Below are positions 32,605 to 42,506 of a stretch of 64,000 nucleotides of DNA, in pieces; the first letter of the stretch is position 1; every line of letters starts with the position of its first letter. Under the pieces are notes generated by a model. The model worked only from the letters and a program-made list of their open reading frames with translations, did not search any database and had not been told where the DNA came from. The translations under genes and the position numbers were made by a program. This DNA comes from Trypanosoma brucei (lineage: Eukaryota): NCBI GenBank assembly GCA_000002445.1, contig CH464491.1:3616001-3680000 (forward strand), given 5' to 3'.

Positions 32605-33564
32605 ATGTTAGGGTCCCTACCGAGTGTCGTTCTTGTTACCGGTGGAGCAGGCCTTGTTGGACGAGCTGTTGAGGTCGTGACGAAGCGAAACGCGTGCGCA
32701 GATGAGCGTTGGGTTTTTCTCTCCCGACATGACGCCGACCTTCGCTCCATGGCGGCCACGAGGTGCGTTTTCGAAAGGCACAAGCCGACGCACGTTCTTC
32801 ATTTGGCAGCGAGGGTGGGTGGGCTTTTCAAAAATATGGCTGCTCCTGTCGAAATGTGGATTGACAACGTCTCCATAAACAATAACGTGCTGGAGTGCTG
32901 TCGCACGTATGGCGTGCGGAAGGCAGTTTCATGTTTGTCCACTTGCATATTCCCTGAAAGAGCAACATATCCAATAGGAGAAGAAACACTCCATGATGGC
33001 CCACCGCACTACTCAAATGAGCAGTACGCGTATGCCAAGCGTATGATTGATGTATTGAATCGTGCCTACAACAAAGAGTACGGCTGCCGCTTCACCTCAG
33101 TTATACCAACGAATGTTTATGGCCCCCACGACAACTACAATCTGCAGGATTCTCACGTTATCCCTGGGCTCATTCATAAGTTCTATTTGGCGAAACGAGA
33201 AAATAAACCTATGGTTATTATGGGTACTGGAAGGCCGCTGCGGCAATTTGTGTATAGCGAAGACTTGGCCGAGCTTATTGTCTGGGTGCTGCGTCACTAT
33301 GATGAGGTGGAGCCAATTATTCTGTCGGTGGATGAGTGTGATGAGTTATGTATTGCCGACGTTGCGAAACTCATTGCCCAGTCAATAGGGTTTACGGGCA
33401 ATATCGTCTTTGACCCAAGCAAGGCAGACGGTCAGTATCGCAAGACAGCAGACAATGCTAAGCTACGCCGCTATTTGCCAGATTATAGGTTCACCCCAGT
33501 GGCGGAAGGTATCCAACGTTCCGTCGAATGGTTTATCGCTAACTACGATGTCGCACGGAAGTGA
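32605..33564 (+). CDS. GMER: GDP-L-fucose synthase (GDP-4-keto-6-deoxy-D-mannose 3,5-epimerase/4-reductase)
   Basis: The Rossmann motif is VLVTGGAGLVGRAV and the catalytic YxxxK is YAYAKRM. NVYGPHDNYNLQDSHVIPGLIHKFYLAKRENKPMVIMGTGRPLRQFVYSEDLAELIVWVLRHYDEVEPIILSV...KADGQYRKTADNAKLRRYLPDYRFTP is near-collinear with human GFUS/TSTA3. I chose the start at the internal MLGSLPSVVLV; the upstream part of the ORF is a polypyrimidine tract. Confidence 0.9.
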   Translation: MLGSLPSVVLVTGGAGLVGRAVEVVTKRNACADERWVFLSRHDADLRSMAATRCVFERHKPTHVLHLAARVGGLFKNMAAPVEMWIDNVSINNNVLECCRTYGVRKAVSCLSTCIFPERATYPIGEETLHDGPPHYSNEQYAYAKRMIDVLNRAYNKEYGCRFTSVIPTNVYGPHDNYNLQDSHVIPGLIHKFYLAKRENKPMVIMGTGRPLRQFVYSEDLAELIVWVLRHYDEVEPIILSVDECDELCIADVAKLIAQSIGFTGNIVFDPSKADGQYRKTADNAKLRRYLPDYRFTPVAEGIQRSVEWFIANYDVARK

Positions 33565-33879
33565 AGGCCGGTAGGGAGGACGTTTACAGCGCCTCACGAA
33601 ACGCTTATATAACATCGTACTTGCACACTTGCTTCAGTGCGTTGGTTGATACACACAAATCATTTATGCTGCCTCCCTTTCCTTATCGTCTTTTGGTGAG
33701 AAACAACCTACTTGTGTCTAAACTTTCCACGGTGCCTTTTAGTTCACCTCTGGTTCTTTGCATAATGGCATTATAACGCAGCATCTAACGCTTTGACTGA
33801 AAAGTAAGGGTTCCCACCTTTCACCTACCTTTCTGCCCCTCACGCTTTCACATGGGCGCGTACCATATAAAAATGAAGC

Positions 33880-34712
33880 ACTTTTACCTCGGACATCGAG
33901 TCATAAAAAATTAAGGAAAAAAGGAATGGCCCCAAAGTCTGCTACAAAGTCTGCTGCCGCTACCAAGGCGTCTGCACCGAAAAATGATCCCAAGAAGAAC
34001 GCCCCGAAAGCTGCAGCACCCAAACCAGCAGCAACTGCGCCGAAGGCTGCTGCCGCAAAGGAGGCGAAGGCACGCCCCGCTGCCGGCACCCACAACGGTG
34101 TGTATGTGAAGAACTGGGGTCAGGGTTCCGTTACTGACGCCACAAGGATCTTCAGTGCTGCTGGCAAGGTTGTCAGTGCTCAGATCCGTCGGCGCCGCTA
34201 CGCCATTATCTTCTTCGAGAACGCCGCAGCCGTGAGGAAGGCGATTGATCTATTCAATGAAAAGGAGGTACTTGGCGCTAAAGTGACCGTAAGCCCTGCC
34301 AAAACCAGCCCGAAGCCTGACCCGCATGAGGGCTCTTCCGTTGTGTTCCTGTCGCCCATCTTCCGTACGTCGACAACGAATGGGCAAATTCGTGAACTCT
34401 TCACCGGTATGAGAGTTTTGCGCATTCGGACGTACCATCAGAACTATGCTTACGTGTACCTTGACTCGGCTGCTGCAGCGCAGAAGTTTGTGAAGGAGAA
34501 GAACGGCACCGAGTTCCGCGGCAAGAAGCTACGTGTGGCTCTTTCAACTCGCTCGCTTCAGAAGGAAAAGGACCGTGCGGAGCGCGCGAACCTCCTCTCG
34601 GATGCCCACAACTTCAAGAAGGATGCCAAGAAGGACATCAAGAGGGATGATAAGAAGGATCCAAAGAAGGATTCAAGGAGGAATGAAAAGAAGGATGCCA
34701 AGAGGAAGCAGT
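33880..34712 (+). repeat. Tandem gene duplication unit, copy 1 (about 830 bp; includes 46 bp of 5' flank plus the RRM-protein CDS)
   Basis: Sequence similarity begins at cacttt(t/c)acctcggacatcgag upstream of the ATG. From the GCCAAGGCGTCTGCACCGAAAAATGATCCC segment to the stop region the two copies are identical except for one SNP. Confidence 0.9.
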
Positions 34713-34714
34713 GA
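33926..34714 (+). CDS. NRBD1: Nucleolar-type RNA-binding protein with two RRMs (p34-like copy of a tandem pair)
   Basis: It has an N-terminal Ala/Lys/Pro-rich region, RRM1 (GVYVKNWGQGSVTDATRIFSAAGKVVSAQI...AIIFFENAAAVRKAIDLFN), RRM2 (VVFLSPIFRTSTTNGQIRELF...YAYVYLDSAAAAQKFVKEKNG) and C-terminal KKD(x) repeats. This architecture, and the existence of a tandem twin lacking a 17-aa insert, match what I recall of T. brucei p34/p37 (NRBD1/2). The symbol is therefore from recollection, not from a search. Confidence 0.75.
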   Translation: MAPKSATKSAAATKASAPKNDPKKNAPKAAAPKPAATAPKAAAAKEAKARPAAGTHNGVYVKNWGQGSVTDATRIFSAAGKVVSAQIRRRRYAIIFFENAAAVRKAIDLFNEKEVLGAKVTVSPAKTSPKPDPHEGSSVVFLSPIFRTSTTNGQIRELFTGMRVLRIRTYHQNYAYVYLDSAAAAQKFVKEKNGTEFRGKKLRVALSTRSLQKEKDRAERANLLSDAHNFKKDAKKDIKRDDKKDPKKDSRRNEKKDAKRKQ

Positions 34715-35034
34715 GTTCGTCTTCATTTTTTATCGAATGCTCAGGGTAAAACGTTAATATTTGTTTTATTTATTTATTTTCCGTCGTAGCGTTTATCTGG
34801 TTTGTAGTACCTTCGTGACTATTATTCCCGTTTCTGAAGCAACGCAGTTTTGTAATGGGAGTTTCGATGAGCTAGCTGTTTGCGGTACACACTACACTTT
34901 TTTTCGTTTGCCTCAGTCTTGCGGCCAGAGTGCTGAACCGAGAAAGCTCAAGGAAGTTATTCTCGGTCGTGTGAATGTCACTTCCCTTGTCTTTAGGTTA
35001 GTTATTTTTACCCCTTTCCTCATCAAAAAGCCAT

Positions 35035-35793
35035 ATGCTGCTGAAAAAGTTGCCGGTTTTTGTCGGTACGGAGTTTTTGACCGACGCGCATCTGGCCATA
35101 ATGACTTCAGGAGGTGTTTCTATACCGCTAGAAATGGAAAGCAGGTGCAAAGAACTTCATCCTAACCATCGGGTACCGTACGTTCTTTCACGTCTGGCGG
35201 CTTCTTCTGCCCTATCGACTGTTCTGGGAAAACCTATTACCTTTTCCGGTAGTCGTCACGATGCAGAACAGTACGATGCAAATCTCTCCCTTTCTCACGA
35301 AGACTTTGTTGGGGCTGCAGTGGCTTGGCGGAAGGGAACGTCAAATGCCATTGGTATTGACGTGGTTGATGTGCAGCAGCTTGAACGCGTTGTAAAGCGC
35401 TTCCCGCAGTTTGCTGCGCGTTTCATGCCTCGCTGCGATCTCAGCGCTCTGAGTTCCGTTGATGCGTGTAATATTGAGCGAACTTTCCGTGGTCACGCCG
35501 ACCAGGTTACTGTTACGTTGTCTCAGCACTGGGGTTTGCGTGAATGTTGTGTCAAACTTGTTGGCGTTGAGGGCCGCACGTTTCCTTTTGAGTGTTTCCG
35601 TGGTCCTCGTGCTTATTTTCCCGACCGTTTCAAGGCACAAGTGGTGGAGGAAGGCTCTGATGCTTTGCGGGCTGCAGGCTTGAATTCCAGTCTATTTGTC
35701 TCAACTTGGCCCGAGCTTTTGAAACTACCCTCCGGGGATGTTAAACCATATATCGTAGTCGTGGCTGCGTGCCCCCGTAAGAGTGCCGTTTAA
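35035..35793 (+). CDS. 4'-phosphopantetheinyl transferase-like protein (between the two RRM gene copies)
   Basis: LGKPITF ... NLSLSHEDFVGAAVAW ... AIGIDVVDV ... WGLRECCVKLVG follows the order of PPTase motifs (GKP; FN-I/L-SHS; G-I/V-D; W/KE..K..G). The start is uncertain (MLLKK or MTSGG). Confidence 0.45.
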   Translation: MLLKKLPVFVGTEFLTDAHLAIMTSGGVSIPLEMESRCKELHPNHRVPYVLSRLAASSALSTVLGKPITFSGSRHDAEQYDANLSLSHEDFVGAAVAWRKGTSNAIGIDVVDVQQLERVVKRFPQFAARFMPRCDLSALSSVDACNIERTFRGHADQVTVTLSQHWGLRECCVKLVGVEGRTFPFECFRGPRAYFPDRFKAQVVEEGSDALRAAGLNSSLFVSTWPELLKLPSGDVKPYIVVVAACPRKSAV

Positions 35794-35959
35794 CAGGGAG
35801 TTGTTCCGCTTATATTTGCTTTGTGTTGCGACACCGAAGTGGTGATGTGGCCTGTAAATGGTACAAACATCAGTTTCATAACATTGTCTTTGAGGCGGTA
35901 CGACTTTTTAATTTTCGCCTTATTGTTGTTTCTTGATGCCCTTTAGCAAGTAAGCAAAA

Positions 35960-36840
35960 CACTTTCACCTCGGACATCGAGTAATAAAAAGCAAAGGAAA
36001 GAATGGCCCCAAAGTCTGCTGCAAAGCCTGCGGCTTCCGGTAAAAACGCACCCGCTCCAAAATCAGCACCTGCTGCAAAGTCTGCTCCCCCCGCCAAGGC
36101 GTCTGCACCGAAAAATGATCCCAAGAAGAACGCCCCGAAAGCTGCAGCACCCAAACCAGCAGCAACTGCGCCGAAGGCTGCTGCCGCAAAGGAGGCGAAG
36201 GCACGCCCCGCTGCCGGCACCCACAACGGTGTGTATGTGAAGAACTGGGGTCAGGGTTCCGTTACTGACGCCACAAGGATCTTCAGTGCTGCTGGCAAGG
36301 TTGTCAGTGCTCAGATCCGTCGGCGCCGCTACGCCATTATCTTCTTCGAGAACGCCGCAGCCGTGAGGAAGGCGATTGATCTATTCAATGAAAAGGAGGT
36401 ACTTGGCGCTAAAGTGACCGTAAGCCCTGCCAAAACCAGCCCGAAGCCTGACCCGCATGAGGGCTCTTCCGTTGTGTTCCTGTCGCCCATCTTCCGTACG
36501 TCGACAACGAATGGGCAAATTCGTGAACTCTTCACCGGTATGAGAGTTTTGCGCATTCGGACGTACCGTCAGAACTATGCTTACGTGTACCTTGACTCGG
36601 CTGCTGCAGCGCAGAAGTTTGTGAAGGAGAAGAACGGCACCGAGTTCCGCGGCAAGAAGCTACGTGTGGCTCTTTCAACTCGCTCGCTTCAGAAGGAAAA
36701 GGACCGTGCGGAGCGCGCGAACCTCCTCTCGGATGCCCACAACTTCAAGAAGGATGCCAAGAAGGACATCAAGAGGGATGATAAGAAGGATCCAAAGAAG
36801 GATTCAAGGAGGAATGAAAAGAAGGATGCCAAGAGGAAGT
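35960..36840 (+). repeat. Tandem gene duplication unit, copy 2 (contains 51-nt insertion near the 5' end of the CDS)
   Basis: Same as copy 1. Similarity ends exactly at the stop codon (aagcagtgagttcg versus aagtaaaaaagat), and the period between copies is about 2080 bp. Confidence 0.9.
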
Positions 36841-36842
36841 AA
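36003..36842 (+). CDS. NRBD2: Nucleolar-type RNA-binding protein with two RRMs (p37-like copy; 17-aa N-terminal insert relative to the upstream copy)
   Basis: From ...ASAPKNDPKK to the penultimate codons it is identical to 33926..34714, except for one A/G change (His to Arg in RTYHQNY/RTYRQNY). It carries an extra AKPAASGKNAPAPKSAPAAKSAPP segment near the N-terminus and a different stop context (KRK* versus KRKQ*). Confidence 0.75.
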   Translation: MAPKSAAKPAASGKNAPAPKSAPAAKSAPPAKASAPKNDPKKNAPKAAAPKPAATAPKAAAAKEAKARPAAGTHNGVYVKNWGQGSVTDATRIFSAAGKVVSAQIRRRRYAIIFFENAAAVRKAIDLFNEKEVLGAKVTVSPAKTSPKPDPHEGSSVVFLSPIFRTSTTNGQIRELFTGMRVLRIRTYRQNYAYVYLDSAAAAQKFVKEKNGTEFRGKKLRVALSTRSLQKEKDRAERANLLSDAHNFKKDAKKDIKRDDKKDPKKDSRRNEKKDAKRK

Positions 36843-37093
36843 AAAAGATATGCTTGCTTTTTCCTTTTTTCTTTTCTGTTCTTAAATATAAAAAAATATT
36901 TGTTAAGTTAATACTTTTTTACGTATTGAAAGCAGCGATGTTTTGTGTTCCCCGTTCATATAGGCTCCTGTGGATGCTGGTTATTTCGGGTTCCGGGACT
37001 TGTACTTCTGTTTTCTTTTTTGTCCTGTTTTCCTTTCTTCCTGCAATGACGCAAACAGCAAAGACAAGTGGTCTTCATCGAAGGTAACGAGTT

Positions 37094-37957
37094 GTGTCCG
37101 ATTGTGGCGTTATGGCAGGTTTCACCGAGACACCCAGTTGGCCTTCGCTGTCGTGTGAGCAATCCAGCGCGGCCGCTGTGTCGGTCTCGTACTCACCTTT
37201 TGTAGTAGAAATGTCGTACTATACCATTGCTATCCAGGCGTATAGCATGACAAGGTATGTTGTTGAGAATTTGAGGCTGGACTCGGCGGTGGTTGGAACT
37301 GCAATGACGTACTGGCACATATTTGTGTCTGTGCATGGTTTGAAGAAGGTTGATGAGATTGTTCTTAGTGCTGCGTGTACTTTTTTGGCGAGCAAGGTAG
37401 AGCACCACAAGGTGCGGCTGAGCGATATCGTTGCCCTTGTTTTCGAGGTAGACCCTGTCGGAGGTGTGATGGAGTCTTGGCGTGATGTGGTTGGTCAAGC
37501 AGAGTTGCTCCTGTGCTACACGCTGAAGTTTAATTTTCAGGTCATACATCCTGTCAATCGTATTAACGAGTTAGTTTTTGATGGTAACAAAGCTGTTTTG
37601 GAGTGTGCACAACGCCTTTTTCTTCTGTCGTTTGTAACCCCTTTGTGCACGAGAGCTTCGGCCGAGGAAATTGTAGAGGCCCTCGTGTATTTGGCGGCAG
37701 ATGGGGCAGAACGCCTGGAGGTTTATGCGAATGGCTTTAACATCACTTCGTCTGAGCGGCGTGATGGCATTATCAGTGTTATGCTTGACGCCCTTGTTGC
37801 CATGCGTAAGACCACCAAGTTACCCAAAATAGATAATGTGATCTCTGCGCGACGTAAAAGACTTCGTGAACAGGAGTCCACTAGGCCGTCGGTTGCCTGC
37901 TCTAGTGTTGGAACGGCAAGTACGGATAATACACCTTGTGCACCATCGGTGGAGTGA
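37094..37957 (+). CDS. Cyclin-domain protein (transcription-type cyclin fold)
   Basis: The cyclin box reads YTIAIQAYSMTRYVVENLRLDSAVVGTAMTYWHIFVSVHGLKKVDEIVLSAACTFLASKVEHHKVRLSDIV, followed by a second helical repeat. The start is uncertain (MSDCG, MAGFTE or MSYYT). Confidence 0.6.
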   Translation: MSDCGVMAGFTETPSWPSLSCEQSSAAAVSVSYSPFVVEMSYYTIAIQAYSMTRYVVENLRLDSAVVGTAMTYWHIFVSVHGLKKVDEIVLSAACTFLASKVEHHKVRLSDIVALVFEVDPVGGVMESWRDVVGQAELLLCYTLKFNFQVIHPVNRINELVFDGNKAVLECAQRLFLLSFVTPLCTRASAEEIVEALVYLAADGAERLEVYANGFNITSSERRDGIISVMLDALVAMRKTTKLPKIDNVISARRKRLREQESTRPSVACSSVGTASTDNTPCAPSVE

Positions 37958-38417
37958 TGTCTCGTCGACTGATTTGTTTTATGTGTAGATCTTTTAGTCA
38001 CTTTACGGTCGCTTTTCTACTTGTTTCTTATTGAGTTTCACGTGTTTCACGTTGTTCGGAGCTATTCAGTTAGGCAGTGACGCTCTCTGTGTTCTTTTCG
38101 TATCCGACACTGCAGAGTGACCACGTGCCCGCAATCCACGTATGTTCTCCAAGTGCTTTCGCCTACGAGTGGTCATGAAGCAAGAAGAAAAGTAGGGTTA
38201 GGGGAGAAGAGTAGGGGATTTTTTTTAAAAATGTTTCTACCGAGCGTTGTTTTTCCCTCCCGTATCTCCTCCCGCTGGTAATGCTCTGAAGTTCCAACGT
38301 GCACATGCACATGTTGACTTCCTCGTCACTTTGTTTGTCCTTTACTTCCTTTCCGCATTATTGCCTCCCTTTGCTTTACTTTGCTTCGGTTGTGAGCATT
38401 CAATTTGCTAGGGTGCT

Positions 38418-41400
38418 ATGCGTTTTCCTAGCGGCTCCTTAGCTGCATACCCATTGGAGACATACATGGTTGTACCCGGTGAGAGGGCGTTAGAAGTATC
38501 AGTCTGTCCCACTGGAAGTTATGCTGCTTTACTGTCTGGAGGGCATCTACATTTTTTAACGTGCAACACCGATGTCGTAGTTATCGGCTCCGTGTCGATT
38601 TGTAATGCGATGGGCGATAAGGACTATGCAACTCACTTCTTATGGCACCCTTTGGGTGAGCAGCTAGTTGTTTCAACTTACCATGGTCGGCTGCTTTATT
38701 TTAACGTGGCTATTGATGTTCACCGTGAGAGGTGCCTGACTCAGGTGTATCGTGTCAACTCTCTTCCCATTGGATGCGCGGCGTCGTGTGTGCCCCTTAC
38801 AAATGAAGTGCATTTGGAGGGTGACGCTGTGGTTTCTTTAGTTTCTGCTGGACATCACTGCTTCTTCGCGTGTACCGCAACTGGCCTTGTTCGCGTGCTC
38901 GGGTGGTTCAAGAAGAACTTACTACATACCTATGATGCTAACTTTCTTAGCGGTGGGTTACATACATTTTCCGGCTTGGATGCTGCCTGTAGAGAACATA
39001 CGAGCAAGGACTTGTGTGCTGGCGGCACGCCAATCACATCTATCGCCATACTTGATATTTGTTATTCCTGCCAACTAGAGTTGACGGGGTTGTTGTTGTC
39101 TAGTGGACAATTTCTGCTTGCGAATTCTTCTGCGGGTGATGACTTTTCGTGCGACAACGTGGTTTTCAATGGCGTGTGTGTTGCGTCAGCGGGCACTAGC
39201 CGCGTGTGCATAAACCCGAGGCATCCGTTGGCAGTACTGGCTACGCCCACGGGTGAGCTCGAATGCAAACGAATAAGTGACGATCTTTCATTGACGGTGT
39301 TTTGGATTGATGTGAAGTGTGTTACAAGCGATGAATACCGAGGTTCCATTCGTTGTATGGTGTGGACAGACGATGGTGAAATGCTGTGCGTTGGCTACAA
39401 CCAGTCTGGCATTATGGTTCTACACTATAGTGGCATCTGTGTTTACTCTTCTCATGTTGCTGAGTACCCGCGACAGCACGGTTTGCGTCCTGCGATTGGT
39501 ATAGAGGGTTGCGCTTCCCTCTCATGGTGTGGAAACCAGCTGCTTATAGTGGATCCACGTGGATTGGCCTTGACGGTACTTGGTTTCAGCAAGGTTGTTT
39601 CATCTCCCTGTGCTGAAGCGACGGCCATGTTCACTCCCGCCTGCACCCTTGACGGCTCTAAATTGCGCTTTATAGAACAACAACATACGGATGGATCGTT
39701 GGCTTTTAGTGACACGGTACTTTTGAATCCGCGGTATGCGGTGGAGAATAACCCCATAACATACGGTGCCATAAGCAGCGACGGCAGCGTTGTAGCCTTG
39801 GCGGGAAGGAATGGTTTTCTACTATTTGACCGGTTAGCGCGGCGGTGGCGAACTATGCGCGATAGAAAAGAAGAACGTGAGTTTACTTGCGTGGCTCAAC
39901 CCGTATGGGTGAAGGATCTGATGGTGGTTTTTCCCGTCCGATTGGAAAGAACGCACGAGTATGAACTGCGCGTATACAACAGGGTTTTATCCAAGGGTGC
40001 TATGCTGGTGCGTATGCCTCTTCAGAATAAACCGTTGCGTCTCAGCGAGTGCCACGATGAGGACGGTGATGTTTTCGTGCATTTATTTGACGACTCAGGC
40101 ACTCTCCTCGTGTGGAGGTGCGTATTGTCATCCACGTATCCACATGCAAAGCACAACCTTGAGGTTTCGCTCAAGTTGGTAAAGCGTGTACCGTTGCCCC
40201 GAATGTTTCGTAACCCAGTTAACATGATGGCGATTCATCCAGCGAGGTTAAGCGCGTACAGGACGACATCTTCCCCATGTAAATTTCGGGGTAATCGTGA
40301 CGAGGCGCTTCTGCCCTATGTATTGTTTGTTGTGAGTGGCTCGAATGCCTTGATCGCTCTCGACCTCAACGCGGTAATGAACAGGGTGAGTGTGCGAGTG
40401 GCATCCGAGCCACTGGTCCCACTCACAACAATTTTTCCATCTGGGCTGTTTCACTTATGGGTCGACTACACGGCGCCTTTGGATGGCGCTGTTCTTCTTG
40501 CAGTGAGTGATCGGGGTGTGAGTATCTTGCACCTGTCGTTAGACACCAGTGGTGGTGTTACCTCTTCGCTGTGTGTAAACGAGTACCGTGTGGGCGATAG
40601 CACCGATCCAATTTTAGCTCCTGTAGGGCTCTCAGCGTACGATGGGTGTCTTCTCACTGCGTTTGCAGATGTGGATGCTTCCCAGCAAACTCTTAGCTCT
40701 GTGTCTCATTTTTCGGTGCGAACAGTTGTTGTGCCCTCTATGTACAACTACCGTGTCCTGGGGGAAGTGATTGCTCTTCGGTCAAAGATATCAAGTTCCA
40801 TTACGAAGGGACCAATCGGAGGGGCATCTGTTCAATCCGTTTCTTTCCCATGGGATGAGCGGGTGTTGTGTTGGATAGAAGGAATGCGGCGCAACTCCAC
40901 ACTTGTCTGCAACGCAGACTATTTGTTATGCACTTTGATTGACAGGGAGACATCAAGTTTAAGTGATTCCGAGGACCCGTGCTCTATGCTGCGGCTCACC
41001 CTATCACTCTTACAGCGCTACCCGGAATACCATCGGATTGTTGTCAACTGTTTGCGCAAACTAGAGCTTCCTTGTTGTCCCGTTGTCGTGGACAATATCG
41101 GCTCTACCAAGAAGTTGTTCGTGAGCTGTCTTGAGGAGAGTCGACTTGAGGAAGCTGCGCATCTGTTGCACCTTATTATGGTTGATGATGGAGAGGGTGG
41201 TAAGAACGGCTCGTTAGACACCCTACGGCAAACTTTGGTTTGCGCGACGCGCATCTTAATGCTTGCTGTGTCCTGCAAGAAGGTTCAGTTAATTTATACC
41301 TTGTTGCCGTTCATGGCTTTGATTTTCAAAGAGTTACTAGTGTCGGACGATGAAGAGCGTCTGCGCGCGTTGTTTTCTGATGCGAAGGGTCAATGCGCTC

Positions 41401-42164
41401 TCGCCGGTTTGAGAAGGAGCACAGCGAATTTATCGCTGCTTCTCGATACGGAGCAGGATTTCACTACCCTTTCGAGCCCATGGAGTTTTTCATATGACAC
41501 TTCTGAGGTTGGAATGAAAGAAATTCGATCTCTTACCACTTTCCTTGTGTCCGGAGACTCCGGCTTAAGTGAAGCACTCGAGTATGTAACAACTGACTGC
41601 TTACGCTCGGGGCGCTTACTGACGCTTTACGAGATAGTGCGCGGATTTTCTCTTTCACCCTACGGGATGATGGAACTCAAGTTAGATGAAGTGAGAGATC
41701 CACATTGTGGCGTTTCTTCGCATGGAGAAGGGAGTAGTGTGAGGGGTCACTTCCCACACCTGCCTACCCATGGTGAGTTGTTCCTCAATCTTTTCACGGG
41801 CATCCACGAGGAGTTCAGTTTAACACGTAGCCCACGTTGTGTGGGGAATGAGCTACGGCGCCATAGGTCCTCAGTTGTTGGTGCGGAGGTAGCGACCACT
41901 GATTTTACGCTGTGGACCCTAGCTCAGAGCATTTTATATTCCACCCCAGGTCTGCCAGAAACGTTGCGGCACCTCCGTGACCACTTCGCGATGTGGGATG
42001 AGTGTGTCTTAGCGATAAACATTATTCTTATGTGTTTTACTGATGTCGTTCATCAGCTGCGGCGACACTCAGAGCTAGTCCAAGCACTTCAGCATTTGCT
42101 GGTTGATGAGAGAAACTGCGGGTATAAGTCCTTTATACGGTATTGCCTTGAAAATGTAAGTTAG
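38418..42164 (+). CDS. Large hypothetical protein (1248 aa), N-terminal beta-propeller-like region, Cys-rich
   Basis: A single uninterrupted 3.7-kb ORF. The N-terminal half is rich in WD-like hydrophobic/Gly-His/Trp-Asp patterns (LWHPLGEQLVVSTYHGRLLYF; MVWTDDGEMLCVGYNQSGIMVLHY) and the C-terminal half is helical. I could not assign it to a specific family from reading alone; RIC1-like and Rab-GAP-like are both possible. Confidence 0.55.
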   Translation: MRFPSGSLAAYPLETYMVVPGERALEVSVCPTGSYAALLSGGHLHFLTCNTDVVVIGSVSICNAMGDKDYATHFLWHPLGEQLVVSTYHGRLLYFNVAIDVHRERCLTQVYRVNSLPIGCAASCVPLTNEVHLEGDAVVSLVSAGHHCFFACTATGLVRVLGWFKKNLLHTYDANFLSGGLHTFSGLDAACREHTSKDLCAGGTPITSIAILDICYSCQLELTGLLLSSGQFLLANSSAGDDFSCDNVVFNGVCVASAGTSRVCINPRHPLAVLATPTGELECKRISDDLSLTVFWIDVKCVTSDEYRGSIRCMVWTDDGEMLCVGYNQSGIMVLHYSGICVYSSHVAEYPRQHGLRPAIGIEGCASLSWCGNQLLIVDPRGLALTVLGFSKVVSSPCAEATAMFTPACTLDGSKLRFIEQQHTDGSLAFSDTVLLNPRYAVENNPITYGAISSDGSVVALAGRNGFLLFDRLARRWRTMRDRKEEREFTCVAQPVWVKDLMVVFPVRLERTHEYELRVYNRVLSKGAMLVRMPLQNKPLRLSECHDEDGDVFVHLFDDSGTLLVWRCVLSSTYPHAKHNLEVSLKLVKRVPLPRMFRNPVNMMAIHPARLSAYRTTSSPCKFRGNRDEALLPYVLFVVSGSNALIALDLNAVMNRVSVRVASEPLVPLTTIFPSGLFHLWVDYTAPLDGAVLLAVSDRGVSILHLSLDTSGGVTSSLCVNEYRVGDSTDPILAPVGLSAYDGCLLTAFADVDASQQTLSSVSHFSVRTVVVPSMYNYRVLGEVIALRSKISSSITKGPIGGASVQSVSFPWDERVLCWIEGMRRNSTLVCNADYLLCTLIDRETSSLSDSEDPCSMLRLTLSLLQRYPEYHRIVVNCLRKLELPCCPVVVDNIGSTKKLFVSCLEESRLEEAAHLLHLIMVDDGEGGKNGSLDTLRQTLVCATRILMLAVSCKKVQLIYTLLPFMALIFKELLVSDDEERLRALFSDAKGQCALAGLRRSTANLSLLLDTEQDFTTLSSPWSFSYDTSEVGMKEIRSLTTFLVSGDSGLSEALEYVTTDCLRSGRLLTLYEIVRGFSLSPYGMMELKLDEVRDPHCGVSSHGEGSSVRGHFPHLPTHGELFLNLFTGIHEEFSLTRSPRCVGNELRRHRSSVVGAEVATTDFTLWTLAQSILYSTPGLPETLRHLRDHFAMWDECVLAINIILMCFTDVVHQLRRHSELVQALQHLLVDERNCGYKSFIRYCLENVS

Positions 42165-42506
42165 GGGAGCTTTTTTTTGTTTTTTGTTTTGACTTATGAG
42201 GCCGAATCTCACAGTTTGGATTCAGAGCCTTGCCGCATCGTTACCCGTTTCATCTGCTCGTTCGTCTCACGTTTTTATTATAGCTTTGTTCATGTGGTGG
42301 CTGCTAGGTGGGCATATATACTTGTTTTTTCCCCAATATGTGCGCTTTCCCTTTTGGTTGTACGAATATGCGCGTGTATATAAACATACTTACCACTTTG
42401 GTTGGTTGTGAAGGCCGCAAGGAGCGGTTCTTGGTTCATGATTTGACTTATTATTATCATTATTATTACCACTACTTTCTGAACCGTGTGCCAGATGTAG
42501 CTCTAG

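Noticed and set aside
837-33564. Functional 'RNA-processing operon' (helicase, IMP3, SmD1-like, PAN3, Mut7-C, p34/p37-like, PTB-like genes all in one array)
   Set aside because: Kinetoplastid polycistronic units are not functional operons. Gene neighbours are generally unrelated in function, and the array also contains kinesin, an E2, a fucose synthase, cyclins and other genes. Co-localisation alone is not evidence of a system.
33901-34095. Minus-strand ORFs encoding Ala/Gly-rich peptides (33901..34095, 33911..34093, 35876..36226, 35965..36204) overlapping the N-termini of the two RRM genes
   Set aside because: They are mirror images of the GC-rich Ala/Lys/Pro codons (GCN/AAG/CCN) of the + strand CDS. 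Their peptides lack complexity, and they overlap CDSs that are well supported.
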